Assembly: GCA_963750165.1 (NCBI GenBank)
Contig: CAVVPN010000004.1
Coordinates: 64,001-128,000 of the forward strand
DNA from: an uncultured Gemmataceae bacterium
Lineage (GTDB): Bacteria; Planctomycetota; Planctomycetia; Gemmatales; Gemmataceae
Direction: 5' to 3'
Length of the DNA stretch: 64,000 nucleotides
Shown: positions 19,728 to 30,702 of the stretch, piece by piece
Numbering within the stretch: position 1 is the stretch's first letter
Layout: every line of letters starts with the position of its first letter
The notes under the pieces: generated by a model
What the model was told of the DNA's origin: nothing
What the model saw: only the letters and a program-made list of their open reading frames with translations
The model's database searches: none
Made by a program: the position numbers and the translations under genes

Positions 19728-21509
19728 ATGGCCCACAGTTCGCGCCCCGAAACCGTCACCCTGGCGCAGGCCCGGGAAATCCTCCGCTGCATGGCCGACC
19801 AGCACAGCATCCTGTTGCTGTCCGGGCCGGGCGTCGGCAAGTCGGACATCGTTTACCAGGCGGCCGCCGATGCCGGGCTGCCGTGTCGCTCCCTCGTCGG
19901 CACGCAGATCGCACCGGAGGACGTGAGCGGCATTCCGCGCATCATCGGCGAGCGCTCGGTCTTCTGCCCGCCGCGCGTCCTGCTACCGGAGCAGCCCGAG
20001 CCGTTCTGCCTGTTCCTCGACGAACTGCCCGCCTGCACGCCGGACGTGCAGAAGGCGTTCTATTCGCTGCTGCTGGAGCGCCGCCTCGGTGAGCACCCGC
20101 TGCCGCCGGGCACCTGGGTGGTGGCCGCCGGCAACCGCGTCGAGGATCGCTCGCTGGTGCGTGCCCTGAGCAGCGCCCTGGTCAACCGCGTCATCGTCCT
20201 GCAAATCCGCGTCGATGTGGAGGAGTGGCTGGCCTGGGCGCGCGGCCAGAAACTGCGGCCGGAGGTCATCGACTTCATCGCGGCGAATCCGCAGCTGCTG
20301 CACCGGCCCGTGCCGGATCGGCCCGCACCGTTCTCGACGCCGCGGGCCTGGGCGTCGCTAGCGCAGGCGCTGGACCTGATGGAAGCGGCCGGTCATTTGA
20401 CGCCCGCCATCCGCCTCGCCCTGGCGGTCGGGCGCGTCAGCGCGCCGGACGCCGCGGCGTTCTGCCGATCCGCCGAGGTCAAGGACGCCGCCCAGGTCAC
20501 CATCAGTTTGGGCCAGGCGAAAGCGCTGTTGAAAGCGCTGGCCCACCAGCAGAGTTTGCTGTTGCAGGCGCCGCCCGGCGTCGGCAAGACCGCCATCGTG
20601 GCCCAGGCGGCGGCGGACGCGGCGCTGCCGTGCCGCTCACTGCTGGGCACGCAGATCGCGCCGGAGGACGTGAGCGGCATCCCGCGCATCGTCGGTGAGC
20701 GGTCCGTCTTCTGCCCGCCGCGCGTCCTGCTGCCCGAGCAGCCCGAACCGTTCTGCCTGTTCCTCGACGAACTGCCCGCCTGCAGCGCCGACGTGCAGAA
20801 GGCGTTTTATCCGCTGCTGCTGGAGCGGCGGCTGGGCGAGCACGCGCTGCCGGCCGGCAGCTGGGTGGTGGCGGCCGGCAACCGCGTCGAGGACCGGGCG
20901 CTGGTGCGCGACCTCAGCGCCGCGCTGGTGAACCGGCTGTTCCTGCTGCAAATCCGCGTGGACACCGACGAGTGGTTCCACTGGGCCGAGGCGGAGGGGC
21001 TGCGCCGCGAAGTGGTGCTGTACCTGCGGCACATGCCCGAGGCGCTGCTGCGGCCAGTGCCAGCCGAGCCGGTGCCGTTCTCGACGCCGCGCGCCTGGGC
21101 CATGCTCGCCCACGCCCTCGACCTGGCGGAGCGCGGCGGTATCCTGACGCGCGCGGTCCGCCGCGCCCTGGCGTTTGGCCGCGTCTCGCCGGAGGACGCC
21201 GCCATGTTCTGCGCCATGACCGAGACGCCCATCGCCGACCTGCGCCTGGCCGAGCACTACGTCGAGCACCCCGAAGAGCTGCCGGCCGCCGAGACGCCGC
21301 GGCTGTTCATCCTGGGTCGCATTCGCCGCCTGGCGGAGACGGGCAAGCTGAACGGCCACGCGCCGGCGGTGCTCAACCGCTTCCTGCGCGCGCTGTCGCA
21401 GGAGCACCGCTTGACCATGCTGGTGGACCAGGTGCCGCTGTGGGGCGCCCTCGGCGCCGACGATGCCATGCTGGAGACATTGTGGGAAGTCACGGGGGTG
21501 AAGCCATGA
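19728..21509 (+). CDS. MoxR-like AAA+ ATPase with two tandem near-identical AAA domains
   Basis: Two copies, 249 aa apart, of Walker A (GPGVGKS / PPGVGKT), GTQIAPEDVSGIPRI, Walker B LFLDE, AAGN, ALVNR and PFSTPRAW. TATAAT at 19653. Confidence 0.9.
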   Translation: MAHSSRPETVTLAQAREILRCMADQHSILLLSGPGVGKSDIVYQAAADAGLPCRSLVGTQIAPEDVSGIPRIIGERSVFCPPRVLLPEQPEPFCLFLDELPACTPDVQKAFYSLLLERRLGEHPLPPGTWVVAAGNRVEDRSLVRALSSALVNRVIVLQIRVDVEEWLAWARGQKLRPEVIDFIAANPQLLHRPVPDRPAPFSTPRAWASLAQALDLMEAAGHLTPAIRLALAVGRVSAPDAAAFCRSAEVKDAAQVTISLGQAKALLKALAHQQSLLLQAPPGVGKTAIVAQAAADAALPCRSLLGTQIAPEDVSGIPRIVGERSVFCPPRVLLPEQPEPFCLFLDELPACSADVQKAFYPLLLERRLGEHALPAGSWVVAAGNRVEDRALVRDLSAALVNRLFLLQIRVDTDEWFHWAEAEGLRREVVLYLRHMPEALLRPVPAEPVPFSTPRAWAMLAHALDLAERGGILTRAVRRALAFGRVSPEDAAMFCAMTETPIADLRLAEHYVEHPEELPAAETPRLFILGRIRRLAETGKLNGHAPAVLNRFLRALSQEHRLTMLVDQVPLWGALGADDAMLETLWEVTGVKP

Positions 21510-22744
21510 AGACCGACGCCGATCAGGCATTGCTTGAGAAAATCCAGGAGGGCTTCCGCCGGGTGGGGCTGACGTTCCCGTACCTGCAGGGGCTGATCGA
21601 GATTGTGCGCGCGCGTGTGCAACTGGATCGGCGCATCGAGACGATGGGCATCTTCGCGTCGGGCCGGTTGCTGGTGAACCCGGATTTCGCGGCGGCGCTG
21701 TCGGCGCGCGACCTGGTGTTTGTGCTGACGCACGAGCTGTTCCACCTGACGCTGCGGACGCACGAGCGCGGCGCGGGCACCGACCTGCGGGCGTTCAATC
21801 ACGCCCACGATTACATCATCAACGACCTGCTCCGCGAGGAGCTGCAATACGACCAGGTGCCGGCCGGCGGCCTGGACTGGCCGGGGGCGCGGCTGAAGTC
21901 GGCGGAGCAGATTTTGGGCGAGATGGAGCGCGAGCCGTGGCGGCAGTCGCAGGCGGCGGGGGGCGGCTGGTTCGTCGAGGGCCAGGGCGGCGACGGCCCG
22001 ACCCTCGACGCGCCGGGCGACGTGCTGGACGCCGCGACGGAGAGCCAGTTGTTCCCGAGCGACGCGCCGGGGGCGCGACAGGAAGCCACGCGCGCCGTGG
22101 AGGAGCAGGCGGCGCGGGCCACGGCGCTGCAGGCGCTGATGGATTCGATGCGCGGCCACGGGCGCGGCACCGAGGCGGGCGGTCAGCAAGATGCGGTCGA
22201 GGCGCTGCGCGGCCTGTACCGGCCGCCGTGGGAGCTGGCGCTGCAGCGCTGGCTGGAGTCGGTGGCGCCGGGCGCGCGCAGTTATGCGCGGCCGTCGCGG
22301 CGCGGCGCTGACCGCAGGGACGTGGTGCTACCCGGCCACAAGCGCGAGGGCTGGACGCTGCACGTCGTGCTCGACACCAGCGGTTCGATGGTCGAGGAGT
22401 TGCCGCGTGCCCTGGGCGCCATCGCCGACTTCTGTGAGGCGATGGGCGTCGAGCAGGTCCACCTGATCCAGTGCGACACGGAAGTCGGCAGCGATGAGGT
22501 GCTGGCGCCGGCGGAGCTGGCGCGCTGGCAGGTGACCGGCTACGGTGGCAGCAACCTCAGTCCCGCACTGCTGCGGTTGGCCGAGGACCGTGAGGTCGGC
22601 GCCGCCATTGTGCTGACGGACGGCGACATTGAGTATCCCGAGGAGCCGATGCCGTACAGCGTGCTCTGGGTGCTGCCGGCGTGGAAGCGGCCGGAGGAGT
22701 TTACGCCGCGCTACGGCAAGGTCATCGGCATGACGCACGGATAG
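21506..22744 (+). CDS. DUF2201-type putative metallopeptidase + vWA protein
   Basis: ATGA overlap, HELFH (HExxH) zinc motif, NHAHDYIIN, and vWA MIDAS residues DTSGS...GGS...LTDG. Confidence 0.88.
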   Translation: MKTDADQALLEKIQEGFRRVGLTFPYLQGLIEIVRARVQLDRRIETMGIFASGRLLVNPDFAAALSARDLVFVLTHELFHLTLRTHERGAGTDLRAFNHAHDYIINDLLREELQYDQVPAGGLDWPGARLKSAEQILGEMEREPWRQSQAAGGGWFVEGQGGDGPTLDAPGDVLDAATESQLFPSDAPGARQEATRAVEEQAARATALQALMDSMRGHGRGTEAGGQQDAVEALRGLYRPPWELALQRWLESVAPGARSYARPSRRGADRRDVVLPGHKREGWTLHVVLDTSGSMVEELPRALGAIADFCEAMGVEQVHLIQCDTEVGSDEVLAPAELARWQVTGYGGSNLSPALLRLAEDREVGAAIVLTDGDIEYPEEPMPYSVLWVLPAWKRPEEFTPRYGKVIGMTHG

Positions 22745-22867
22745 CGCGCTAACGCCGTCTACCATTAGCGCGTTCCTACTTCGCCGGGGGTTGCTGGGCC
22801 TTGCGCGCCTGGGGCCGAGGTCGAGCCGTCGCGGCTCTCCAGCCGCTGCGGCTCCCCATGTGGCCCC

Positions 22868-24686
22868 TTATTTTTCCGCCGACCACAACTTCACCGTCCT
22901 GTCCGCGCCCCCTGACGCCAGGGTGCGGCCGTCGCTGCTGAAGGCCACGCAGTGGACCACCCCCTTGTGCCCGGCGAGCGCCGCCAGCTGCTTGCCCGCA
23001 GCCACGTCCCACAGCCGTACTGTGCCGTCGTCGCCGGCGCTCGCCAGTACCTTGCCGGCCGGGTCCACCGCCAACATCCGCACCGGCCCCTTGTGCCCCT
23101 TCAGGGCCGCCCGTTCCTTGCCGGTGGCCGCGTCCCACAATTTCACCAGCCCATCCTTGTCCGCCGACGCCAGCGTCTTGCCGTCCGGCGTCAAGGCCAC
23201 CGCCAGCACCTCCGCCGCGTGGCCGCCGCGGAATTTCTCTTTTTCCTTGCCGCGCTCCCACAGCCGCACCGTCTTGTCGGCGCTGCCCGTCGCCAGCACC
23301 TGCTCGTCCGCGGAGAACGCCAGCGCGTGGATCACCCCCGTGTGGCCTTTGTAAACCTCGTTGGCACGGTTGGGCACCTCCCGGCCTTTCAGGGGACGCT
23401 CGATCAGGTGCAGCACGTGGTCCTTCGCGACGCCCGCCCAGACCTGGGGATCCTGCAGGACTGCCAGCAGTTGAAGTCCCTTGCCGCTGCCGCCGTTGCC
23501 CACATTTTTCGCCAGCTTGTAGAGCGCCAGGTTGAACACGTCTCCCCGTTGCCAGCCGACGCCCAGGTAGCGATCCTGGTCGCGCAGGGCCACCACACGA
23601 ATCACGCCGCGCTGCATCTTGCCGAAGAGGGTCCGTTCTTCCTTGCCGGCTCTGGCGTCCCACACCTTGACGACACCGTCCTGATCGCCGCTCGCCAGGA
23701 TTTTTTCCCCGAACGTCAGCACCTGTACGGCCTCCTGGTGTCCCTGGAGGGTGGCGCGTTCCTTCCACACCGGCGCCGGCTGCACGACAGGGGCCGCCGC
23801 GGCCGGCAGGATCACCGCGACCGGCGGCTTCTCCGCCCGTGCCGGCTGCGCCCGGGACGACACCCACAGGCCACACGCCAGCGCCGCCAGCAGTCCCAGC
23901 GCCGCCGCCAATTTGAGCTTGGTTAGCCACATGATTCGTATCACCCCTTCCGCCAGGGCAGCGACCTCCGCCGAGACCGCCGCGCTCCCCGTGTCCACCG
24001 CCGCCCGTGCCGTTGCCGCGGCCAGCGCCGCCGGCACCGCCGCCCCCGCGTGCCCCGCCAGCAGTCCCCCCAGGAGCCCGCCCGACACCGCCAGGCCGTG
24101 CTGCCGCAACCGTTCCGCCAGCAGCTTGCGGCCCGCGGCCAACCGGCTCGACAGCGTGCCCTCCGGCACCGCCAGCTGCCGCGCCGCCTCCTTGCGCGGC
24201 CGGCCCTCCAGGTCGCACAGCACCAGGGCGGTGCGGTACTTGTCCGGCAACCGGGCCAGCTCGGCGTCGAGCAGCGGTTGCAGGTCGCTCCAGAGGTCCG
24301 CCGCAGCGCGGGCCGAGTCGTGCGTCTCCCTCATGGTCTGCTCGTGAGTCCGCCGTCGGGCGTTCCGCTTGCGCGCCTCCAGGGCGGTGCGCCGGGCCAC
24401 GCCGTACAGCCAGTTGCCGACCTGTTCGCGCGGCCGCACCGCCGCCGCCCTGCGCCAGCACCAGGAATGTTGCCTGAAACGCATCCTCCGCGTCGTGGGC
24501 GTGGCCGACGATGCGACGACAGACGCCGAGTACCATCGGCCCATGGCGCCGCACCAGGGCCGCGAACGCCCCCTCATCGCGCCGGCGGACGAACGCCTCC
24601 AGCAGATCGCCGTCGGCGGCCGCGTCCCCACAGAGCGCGGCGCCGCACAGGTCCTGGATCACCCGTGTCAGGGAATGGGTCGCCAT
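22868..24686 (-). CDS. ECF sigma factor with TM helix and WD40 C-terminal extension; frameshift near 24453
   Basis: DGDLLEAF...[15 protein letters not shown]...[13 protein letters not shown] (sigma2), LPDKYR...EGTLSSRL (sigma4), a TM segment and GH...LWD WD40 repeats. Confidence 0.9.
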
Positions 24687-24803
24687 CGCGTTCGCTCCGG
24701 GGGCCGGCCGTGCTTCTGCCTTCTATTGGTCGGAAACCCGGCGGCGCGTCGGTGGGTGCGGGAATTTTATCGATTTGTTCCGCCAGCGGCGGAAGCGGGG
24801 AGA

Positions 24804-27480
24804 TCAGTCAGCCGCGTCGGGTAGCTCGCGCAGCCAGCTCAGCCGATAGCCCGCGGGCAGCACCTTGGCGGCCGCGGCCGCGCAGGCGGCGCGGGCGGCG
24901 GCCGCCGACACACCGGGGGCGAGGTTGGCGGTCACTGTCGCCATCGGCTCACCGTTGAAGCGCTGCACGACCATGGGGCAGGTGTACTCGCGGATGCTCG
25001 CCACGGCGCGAAGCGGCAACAATTTACCCTTGTTGGTGCGGACCTGGAGCGACTCGAGCCGCTCGGCACCCTGGCGAACCTCCTTCTTCACGCTCACGTT
25101 GATCTGCCAGGTGCGGCCGAACTTGTTGAAGTCGTTGATGTAGAAGGAGCCAAAGACGGCCTGCAGTGGCTTGATGACCTCGTCCATCGAGACGCCCAGG
25201 CTCTTCAGCTTTTCCGGGTCGATGGCCAACATCAGGTTTGGGGCCTCGCGGTCGCCGGGGCCGCAGCCCACGTCGGTCAACTGTTTGCTTTCGGTCAGCA
25301 GGGCGGCGAGCTGCTGCGCCAGTTCGTTTACGCGCTGCTCGTCGGGGCCGTGGACGGCCAGGGCGACGGCGTACCCTTCCTGCGACAGCTGGCCGGGTCG
25401 CGCCGGGTCGCCGACCCGCACCAGCGCTTCGGGAAGCTCGCGGCCGAGCAGCTGGCGGAGGGCGACCGCCACGCCGGCGCGGCCGCCCTCCGCCAGCTCC
25501 AGTCCCACCAGCACGCACCCCTGGTTGGAGCCGGGCGCCGCCGGCGGCCCGGACAGTTCCAGCACGTCGCACACCTCGTCCACGCGGGCCAGCAGCCGCG
25601 CGCACTTTTCCAGGGCTGATTGCGTGCGCTCCAGCGAGGCGTCGTCCGGCAGCCGCACGTCCAGCCGCAAATAGCCAGGCGCGGCGCCCCCGCCAGAGGC
25701 GTCAAAGCGCACAGCCAGGTGGACGCCCTTGGGCAGCTTTTCCCGGAGCTGCGCCAGCCGGGACCGCACCGCGGCGCTGACCGCGGCCGGCTGAGCCGTT
25801 GCCACGGGGGCGACGCCGAGGACGACCGCGGCCTGGCCGTTGCAGCGGGCCTTCCCCGCCGACGCGGTCGGGCCGCGCTCGATTGTGCCCACGTCCCGGA
25901 TACGGACCTGCCTGCCTTCCGGGTTGGTCTTCAGGGGGATGTTCTCGAGTTCGGCCGTGGTTTGTAGCGGGCTCGTCGTGTTCAGGGTGAAATCGAACCC
26001 CTGGCCGGCGGGGACCGGCGGTTGGCCGAGTTGGCCCGCAGCAGCCTGGGCCCCGTACTCCTGCACCACCAGCAGGACCTCCTGCACGGTGAGGTTCAAC
26101 GCCTGCAGCAGGTCCGGGTCCAGGTGGACGCGCACCGCCTGGTCGGGCGCGCCGAATAGCTGCACATCGCCGACGCCCGGCAGGCGCGTCAGGTCGCCGC
26201 GCACCATCTTGTTCGCGACCTCGCTGAGGGCGCGCGCGTCCTGCCGGCCGTCCGAGGTCAGCACGACGAACAGCAGCACGTCGCCGGCCTTCGGGCGGAC
26301 GATCAACCCGCCCTTCCAGACCGCCTCGGGCAGGACCGGCTGCAACAGCGTGACGCGGTTCTGCACCCGCACCTGGGCCTGCTGGGGGTCCGTGCCGGCC
26401 GCGAACGTGACGGTCAGGGCGTAATTGCCGGCGTGGTCGCACTGCGAGGTCATGTGCGTCATGCCCTCGACGCCGTGGACCTGCTTCTCGATGTGGGCGC
26501 CGACGGTGTCGGCGACGACCCGGGCGTTGGCGCCGGGGTAGGCCGCCTTCACGACGATGACGGGGCCGAAACCGGGCTGGACCGCGGCAGGCTGCGTGGG
26601 GCCTGGTTCCGGCGTCGGGTCGCCGAGGAGCGGCGGCACCACCGCGGCCGCGGCCGCGCCCAGCAGGCAAATGGCCAGCAGCGCCAGCGCGGGCAGCCGC
26701 AGCCGCGCCAGCAGTAGCCGCCGCAGCGCTCCCTGCACCATGGCCGCCACGGGCGCCGTCACGGCCTGGCCCGCGCCGGCCGGCAGCGCCGCCTGGAGGA
26801 TCGCCTGGACGAGCGCGGCCGGCACCGGCGCCAGGGCCGGGGCGGCGGGCAGCCCACCGACGGCCGCGGGCGCCAGCGTGACGCCGCGCCGGCTCAGCCG
26901 CCCGCGGAGCAACTGTTTGGCCCGCGCCAGCCGGCCCGAGAGTGTGCCCTTGCTCCAGCCCAGCAGTTGCGCCGCCTCCTCGTTGGTCTTGTGCTCCAGG
27001 AAGCAGTACACGAGCGGATCGCGGTACTTCTTCGGCAGCCGCTCCAGCTCCTCGTCGAGGACCGCGCAGGTCGCGCCGGGCTGCTTCCTCGGCGGGGTCG
27101 GCCGGCGGCGTCCCGGCGACGCGCTGCTCCCGGGCGCGTCGCCGGGCGGCACTGGCCCGCTCCTTGAGGGCGATGTGGGTCGCCACTTCGTGCAGCCAGC
27201 CGGCCACGGACATCCTGCCGTCCAGGGTACCGCCCTTGCGTGCCAGCACCAGGAACGTGGCCTGGCAGGCGTCCTCGGCGTCGTGGGCGTTGCCCAGGAC
27301 GCGCCGGCAGACGCCAAGCACCAGCGGGCCGTGCCGGTCCAGCAGCTGTTCAAAGGCGGCCTGGTCGTGCCGGGTGGCGTAGCTCCGCAGCAGCTGGCCG
27401 TCGGTCGCATGGCCGGCGACGGGCGTCCCGGTCAGCCGGCGGCAGTAGTCCACCACGTTATGCAATGGCTCGTTACTCAT
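24804..27480 (-). CDS. ECF sigma factor - TM - RND (AcrB/MexF-like) periplasmic headpiece fusion, paralog 1; 2-nt frameshift near 27065
   Basis: Sigma2 lies in the N-terminus of ORF 25702..27480; sigma4, TM and YPGANARVVADTV...GSFYINDFNKFGRTWQ...RFNG...LPAGYRLSW lie in ORF 24804..27410. Colinear with paralog 2. Confidence 0.87.
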
Positions 27481-27649
27481 GGCTCCCTACCTCCAGGGTT
27501 CGGCGCCGACGATACTGTCGCTTCCAACCGACCGTCACTTTACATCCACGCGCAGCAAACGCCGGCGACGTCTCGGCTGGTCCCTCCCTTCGCCGGCGTT
27601 CCCTCCCAGCTGGATCGTCGCCCGGTTGTGATGCACGGCCAGGCCGCCG

Positions 27650-30313
27650 CTACTCCGCCGTGGGCAGGTCGTGCAGCCAGTTCAGCCGATAGCCTGTGGG
27701 CAGGACCTCCGCGGCCAGGGCTTCGCACAGGGCGCGGGCAGCGGCCGGCGACACGCCGGGGGCGAGGTTGGCGGTCACCGTCGCCATCGGCGCGCCATTG
27801 AAGCGCTGCACGACCACGGGGCAGGTGTGCTCGCGGATGCTCGCCACGGCGCTGAGCGGGACCCATTCTTTCTTGTCATTGCGGACGAAAAGATTATCCA
27901 GGTCTTTGGGGAGACGGCGTCCCGCCGCGTAGACCTGATAGATGTGGCCGATCCTGACAAAACCCTGTTCCTCGGAGGAGCCTATGGTGATCTGCAGCGC
28001 GTCGAGGACCTTGTTTATCGAGAGGCCGTGGCGCTTCACCTTTTCCTCATCGATGTCCAGTCTAAAGACTGGGTTTTCGGTGTCGCCGGGGCCCCAACCC
28101 ACGTCCGTCAACTGTTCGCTCTTGTTCAATCGGTTGGCGAGTTTCTGCGCCAGGTCGCGCACTTGCCGCTCGTCGGGGCCGTGGACACCCAGGACGACGG
28201 CGTAGCCTTCCTGCGACAACTGGCCGGGTCGCGCCGGGTCGCCGACCCGCACCTGGGCCTCGGAGAACTCGCGGCCGAACAGGTTGCGGATGGCCGCCAC
28301 GCCGGCGCGGCCGCCCAGCGCCGGCCCCAGGCCCACCAGCACACACCCCTGGTTGGTGCGGCTCGCGACGGGCGGGCCGCACAATTCCAGCACGTCACGC
28401 ACTCCCTTGACGCCAGCCAGCCGCTGTACGCACTTTCCCAGGACCGTCTGCGTGTATTCAAGCGTGGCGCCTTCCGGCAGCCGCACGTCCAGCCGCAGGT
28501 AGCCAGGCTCAGAGTCGCTACTTGAAGCGTCAAAGATTACCTCCAGGCGGACGCCCTCGGGCAGCTTTTTCCGAAGCTGCGCCAGCCTGGATCGTACCTC
28601 GGCGCCGACCTCGGTCGGCCGGGCGCTCGCCAGGGGGGCGACGCCGAGGACGACCGCGGCCTTGCCGTTGTAGCGGGGCAGGCCCGCCGCCGCGGTCGGG
28701 CCGGTCTCGATTCTGCCCACGTCCTTCAACCGGATCAACTCGCCTTCCGGGTTGGTCCTCACGGGGATGTTCTCGAGTTCGGCCGCGGTTTGCGGCCGGC
28801 CCTTCCTGATCAGCGTCAAGACATTCTCCAAGCTTTGGCTTTTGACGCCCGTGGCCTGGCCGAGGCGCCCGGGCGAACCGATCACACTCTGTTCCGACAG
28901 TGCCTTCATGACGTCTTCGGAGGAGATTTTGTAGGCCCGCATACGGTCCGGGTTCAGCCAGACGCGCACCGCCTGGTCGGGCTCGCCAAACACCTGCACG
29001 TCGCCGACGCCCGGCAGGCGCGACAGTTCGTCGCGCACCCTCTTGTTCGTGACCTCGCTGAGGGCGAGCGCGTCTTGCCGGCCGTCCGAGGTCAGCACGA
29101 CGAACAGCAGCACGTCGCCGGCCTTCTGGCGGACGGTCACCCTGCCCTTCCAGACCGCTTCGGGCAGGACCGGTTGCAACAGGGCAACACGGTTCTGCAC
29201 CCGCACCAGGGCCTGCTCGGGGTCCGTGCCGGCTGTGAAGGTCACGGTCAACGTGTAGTTACCGGCGTTGTCGCACTGCGACGCCAGGTGCGTCAGGCCC
29301 TCGACGCCGCGGAGCTGCTGCTCGATGGGGACGGCGACGGTGTCGGCGACCACTCTGGAGTTGGCGCCGGGGTAGACCGCCTGCACGACGATGGCGGGGC
29401 CGAAGCCGGGCTGGACCGCGGCAGGCTGCACGGGGTTGTGCTCCGGCGCCGGGTCACCGAGGAGCGGCGGCACCACCACGGCGGCGGCGCCCAGCAGGCA
29501 CACGACCAGCAACACCAGCGCGGGCAACCGCAGCCGCGCCAGCAGCAGCCGCCGCAGCGCCCCCTGCACCAGCGCCGCCACGGGCGCCGACGCGGCCTGA
29601 CCCGCGCCGCCCGGCAGCACCGCCAGGGCGGTCGCCTGGACGAGCGCGGCCGGCACCGGCGCCAGCTCCGGGGTCGCGGGCAGCCCGCCGACGGCCGCCG
29701 GCGCCAGCGTGGCGCCGCGCCGGCTCAGCCGCCGGCGGAGCAACTCGCGGGCACGCGCCAGCCGGCCGGAGACTGTGCCCTTGCTCCAGCCCAGCAGCTG
29801 CGCCGCCTCCTCGTTGGTCTTGCCCTCCAGGTAGCAGTACACGAGCGGGTCCCGGTACTTCTCCGGCAGCCGCCCCAGCTCCTCGTCGAGGACCAGGCGC
29901 AGGTCGCGCCGCGCCGCTTCCTCGGCGGGATCGATCGGCGGCGTCCCGGTGACGCGCTGCTCCCGGAGGCGCCGCCGGGCGGCGCTGACCCGCGCCTTGC
30001 GGGCAATGTGATAGGCAACCGTGTACAGCCAGCCGGCCACGGACTTTTGGCCGTCGAGCGAACCGGCCTTGAACGCCAGCACCTGGAACGTGGCCTGGAA
30101 GGCGTCCTCGGCGTCGTGGGCGTTGCCCAGGACGCGGCGGCAGACGCCGAGCACCAGCGGGCCGTGCCGGCCCAGCAAAAGCTCGAAGGCGGCCTGGTCG
30201 TTCCGGGCGGCGAAGCTGTGCAGCAGCTGGCCGTCGGTGGCGTGGCCGGCCACGGGCGCGCCGGTCAGCCGGCGGCAGTAGTCCACCACGTTGTGCAATG
30301 GTTCGTTACTCAT
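27650..30313 (-). CDS. ECF sigma factor - TM - RND periplasmic headpiece fusion, paralog 2 (intact, 887 aa)
   Basis: One ORF carries sigma2/sigma4, one hydrophobic helix ([19 protein letters not shown]), then AcrB-like [61 protein letters not shown] and LPTGYRLNW. Confidence 0.92.
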   Translation of the reverse strand: MSNEPLHNVVDYCRRLTGAPVAGHATDGQLLHSFAARNDQAAFELLLGRHGPLVLGVCRRVLGNAHDAEDAFQATFQVLAFKAGSLDGQKSVAGWLYTVAYHIARKARVSAARRRLREQRVTGTPPIDPAEEAARRDLRLVLDEELGRLPEKYRDPLVYCYLEGKTNEEAAQLLGWSKGTVSGRLARARELLRRRLSRRGATLAPAAVGGLPATPELAPVPAALVQATALAVLPGGAGQAASAPVAALVQGALRRLLLARLRLPALVLLVVCLLGAAAVVVPPLLGDPAPEHNPVQPAAVQPGFGPAIVVQAVYPGANSRVVADTVAVPIEQQLRGVEGLTHLASQCDNAGNYTLTVTFTAGTDPEQALVRVQNRVALLQPVLPEAVWKGRVTVRQKAGDVLLFVVLTSDGRQDALALSEVTNKRVRDELSRLPGVGDVQVFGEPDQAVRVWLNPDRMRAYKISSEDVMKALSEQSVIGSPGRLGQATGVKSQSLENVLTLIRKGRPQTAAELENIPVRTNPEGELIRLKDVGRIETGPTAAAGLPRYNGKAAVVLGVAPLASARPTEVGAEVRSRLAQLRKKLPEGVRLEVIFDASSSDSEPGYLRLDVRLPEGATLEYTQTVLGKCVQRLAGVKGVRDVLELCGPPVASRTNQGCVLVGLGPALGGRAGVAAIRNLFGREFSEAQVRVGDPARPGQLSQEGYAVVLGVHGPDERQVRDLAQKLANRLNKSEQLTDVGWGPGDTENPVFRLDIDEEKVKRHGLSINKVLDALQITIGSSEEQGFVRIGHIYQVYAAGRRLPKDLDNLFVRNDKKEWVPLSAVASIREHTCPVVVQRFNGAPMATVTANLAPGVSPAAARALCEALAAEVLPTGYRLNWLHDLPTAE

Positions 30314-30393
30314 GGCTCCTTACCCCAAAGCTCAGCCGCCGGACCGCCCGCCGGCACTCACCCGAAACGACCCGGTCCGGGTTCAACCCCTGG

Positions 30394-30702
30394 TCACTTC
30401 CTCTGCCTGCTCCTCATTTCCTGACTGAAGGCGTTCAAAATTTCAAATTCTTTCGCCCGTCTTTCCGTGAACTCCTTCGCGGCTTGCTCCGCGGCTCTCC
30501 TCAGTTCCCGTTCGCTGACCCGCTGCATGCGCTTCTCCATCCTCTGGACTTCTTTCTCCGCCTCTCGTTTGCATTCGGCCTGGAAGTGATTCCAGTACCA
30601 GATACCTCCGATGATCAACACGAGCAAACCAACGCAGCCCAGAAGCCACTCAGGCACCTCTGGTTCGTTCTGACCCGGGTCTTTTTTCATCGTGTCGCTC
30701 AT
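30394..30702 (-). CDS. Small single-TM coiled-coil hypothetical protein
   Basis: ATGA overlap with the upstream gene, TM WLLGCVGLLVLIIGGIWYW and a charged helix. The region is lower in GC. Confidence 0.6.
   Translation of the reverse strand: MSDTMKKDPGQNEPEVPEWLLGCVGLLVLIIGGIWYWNHFQAECKREAEKEVQRMEKRMQRVSERELRRAAEQAAKEFTERRAKEFEILNAFSQEMRSRQRK

Noticed and set aside
24804..30313. Paralog variation as diversity-generating retroelement activity
   Set aside because: No reverse transcriptase in the window, and the differences are block-wise rather than adenine-specific.
24804..30313. Functional RND efflux pumps
   Set aside because: Only one TM helix each; the transport helices are absent and no adaptor or outer-membrane factor gene is adjacent.
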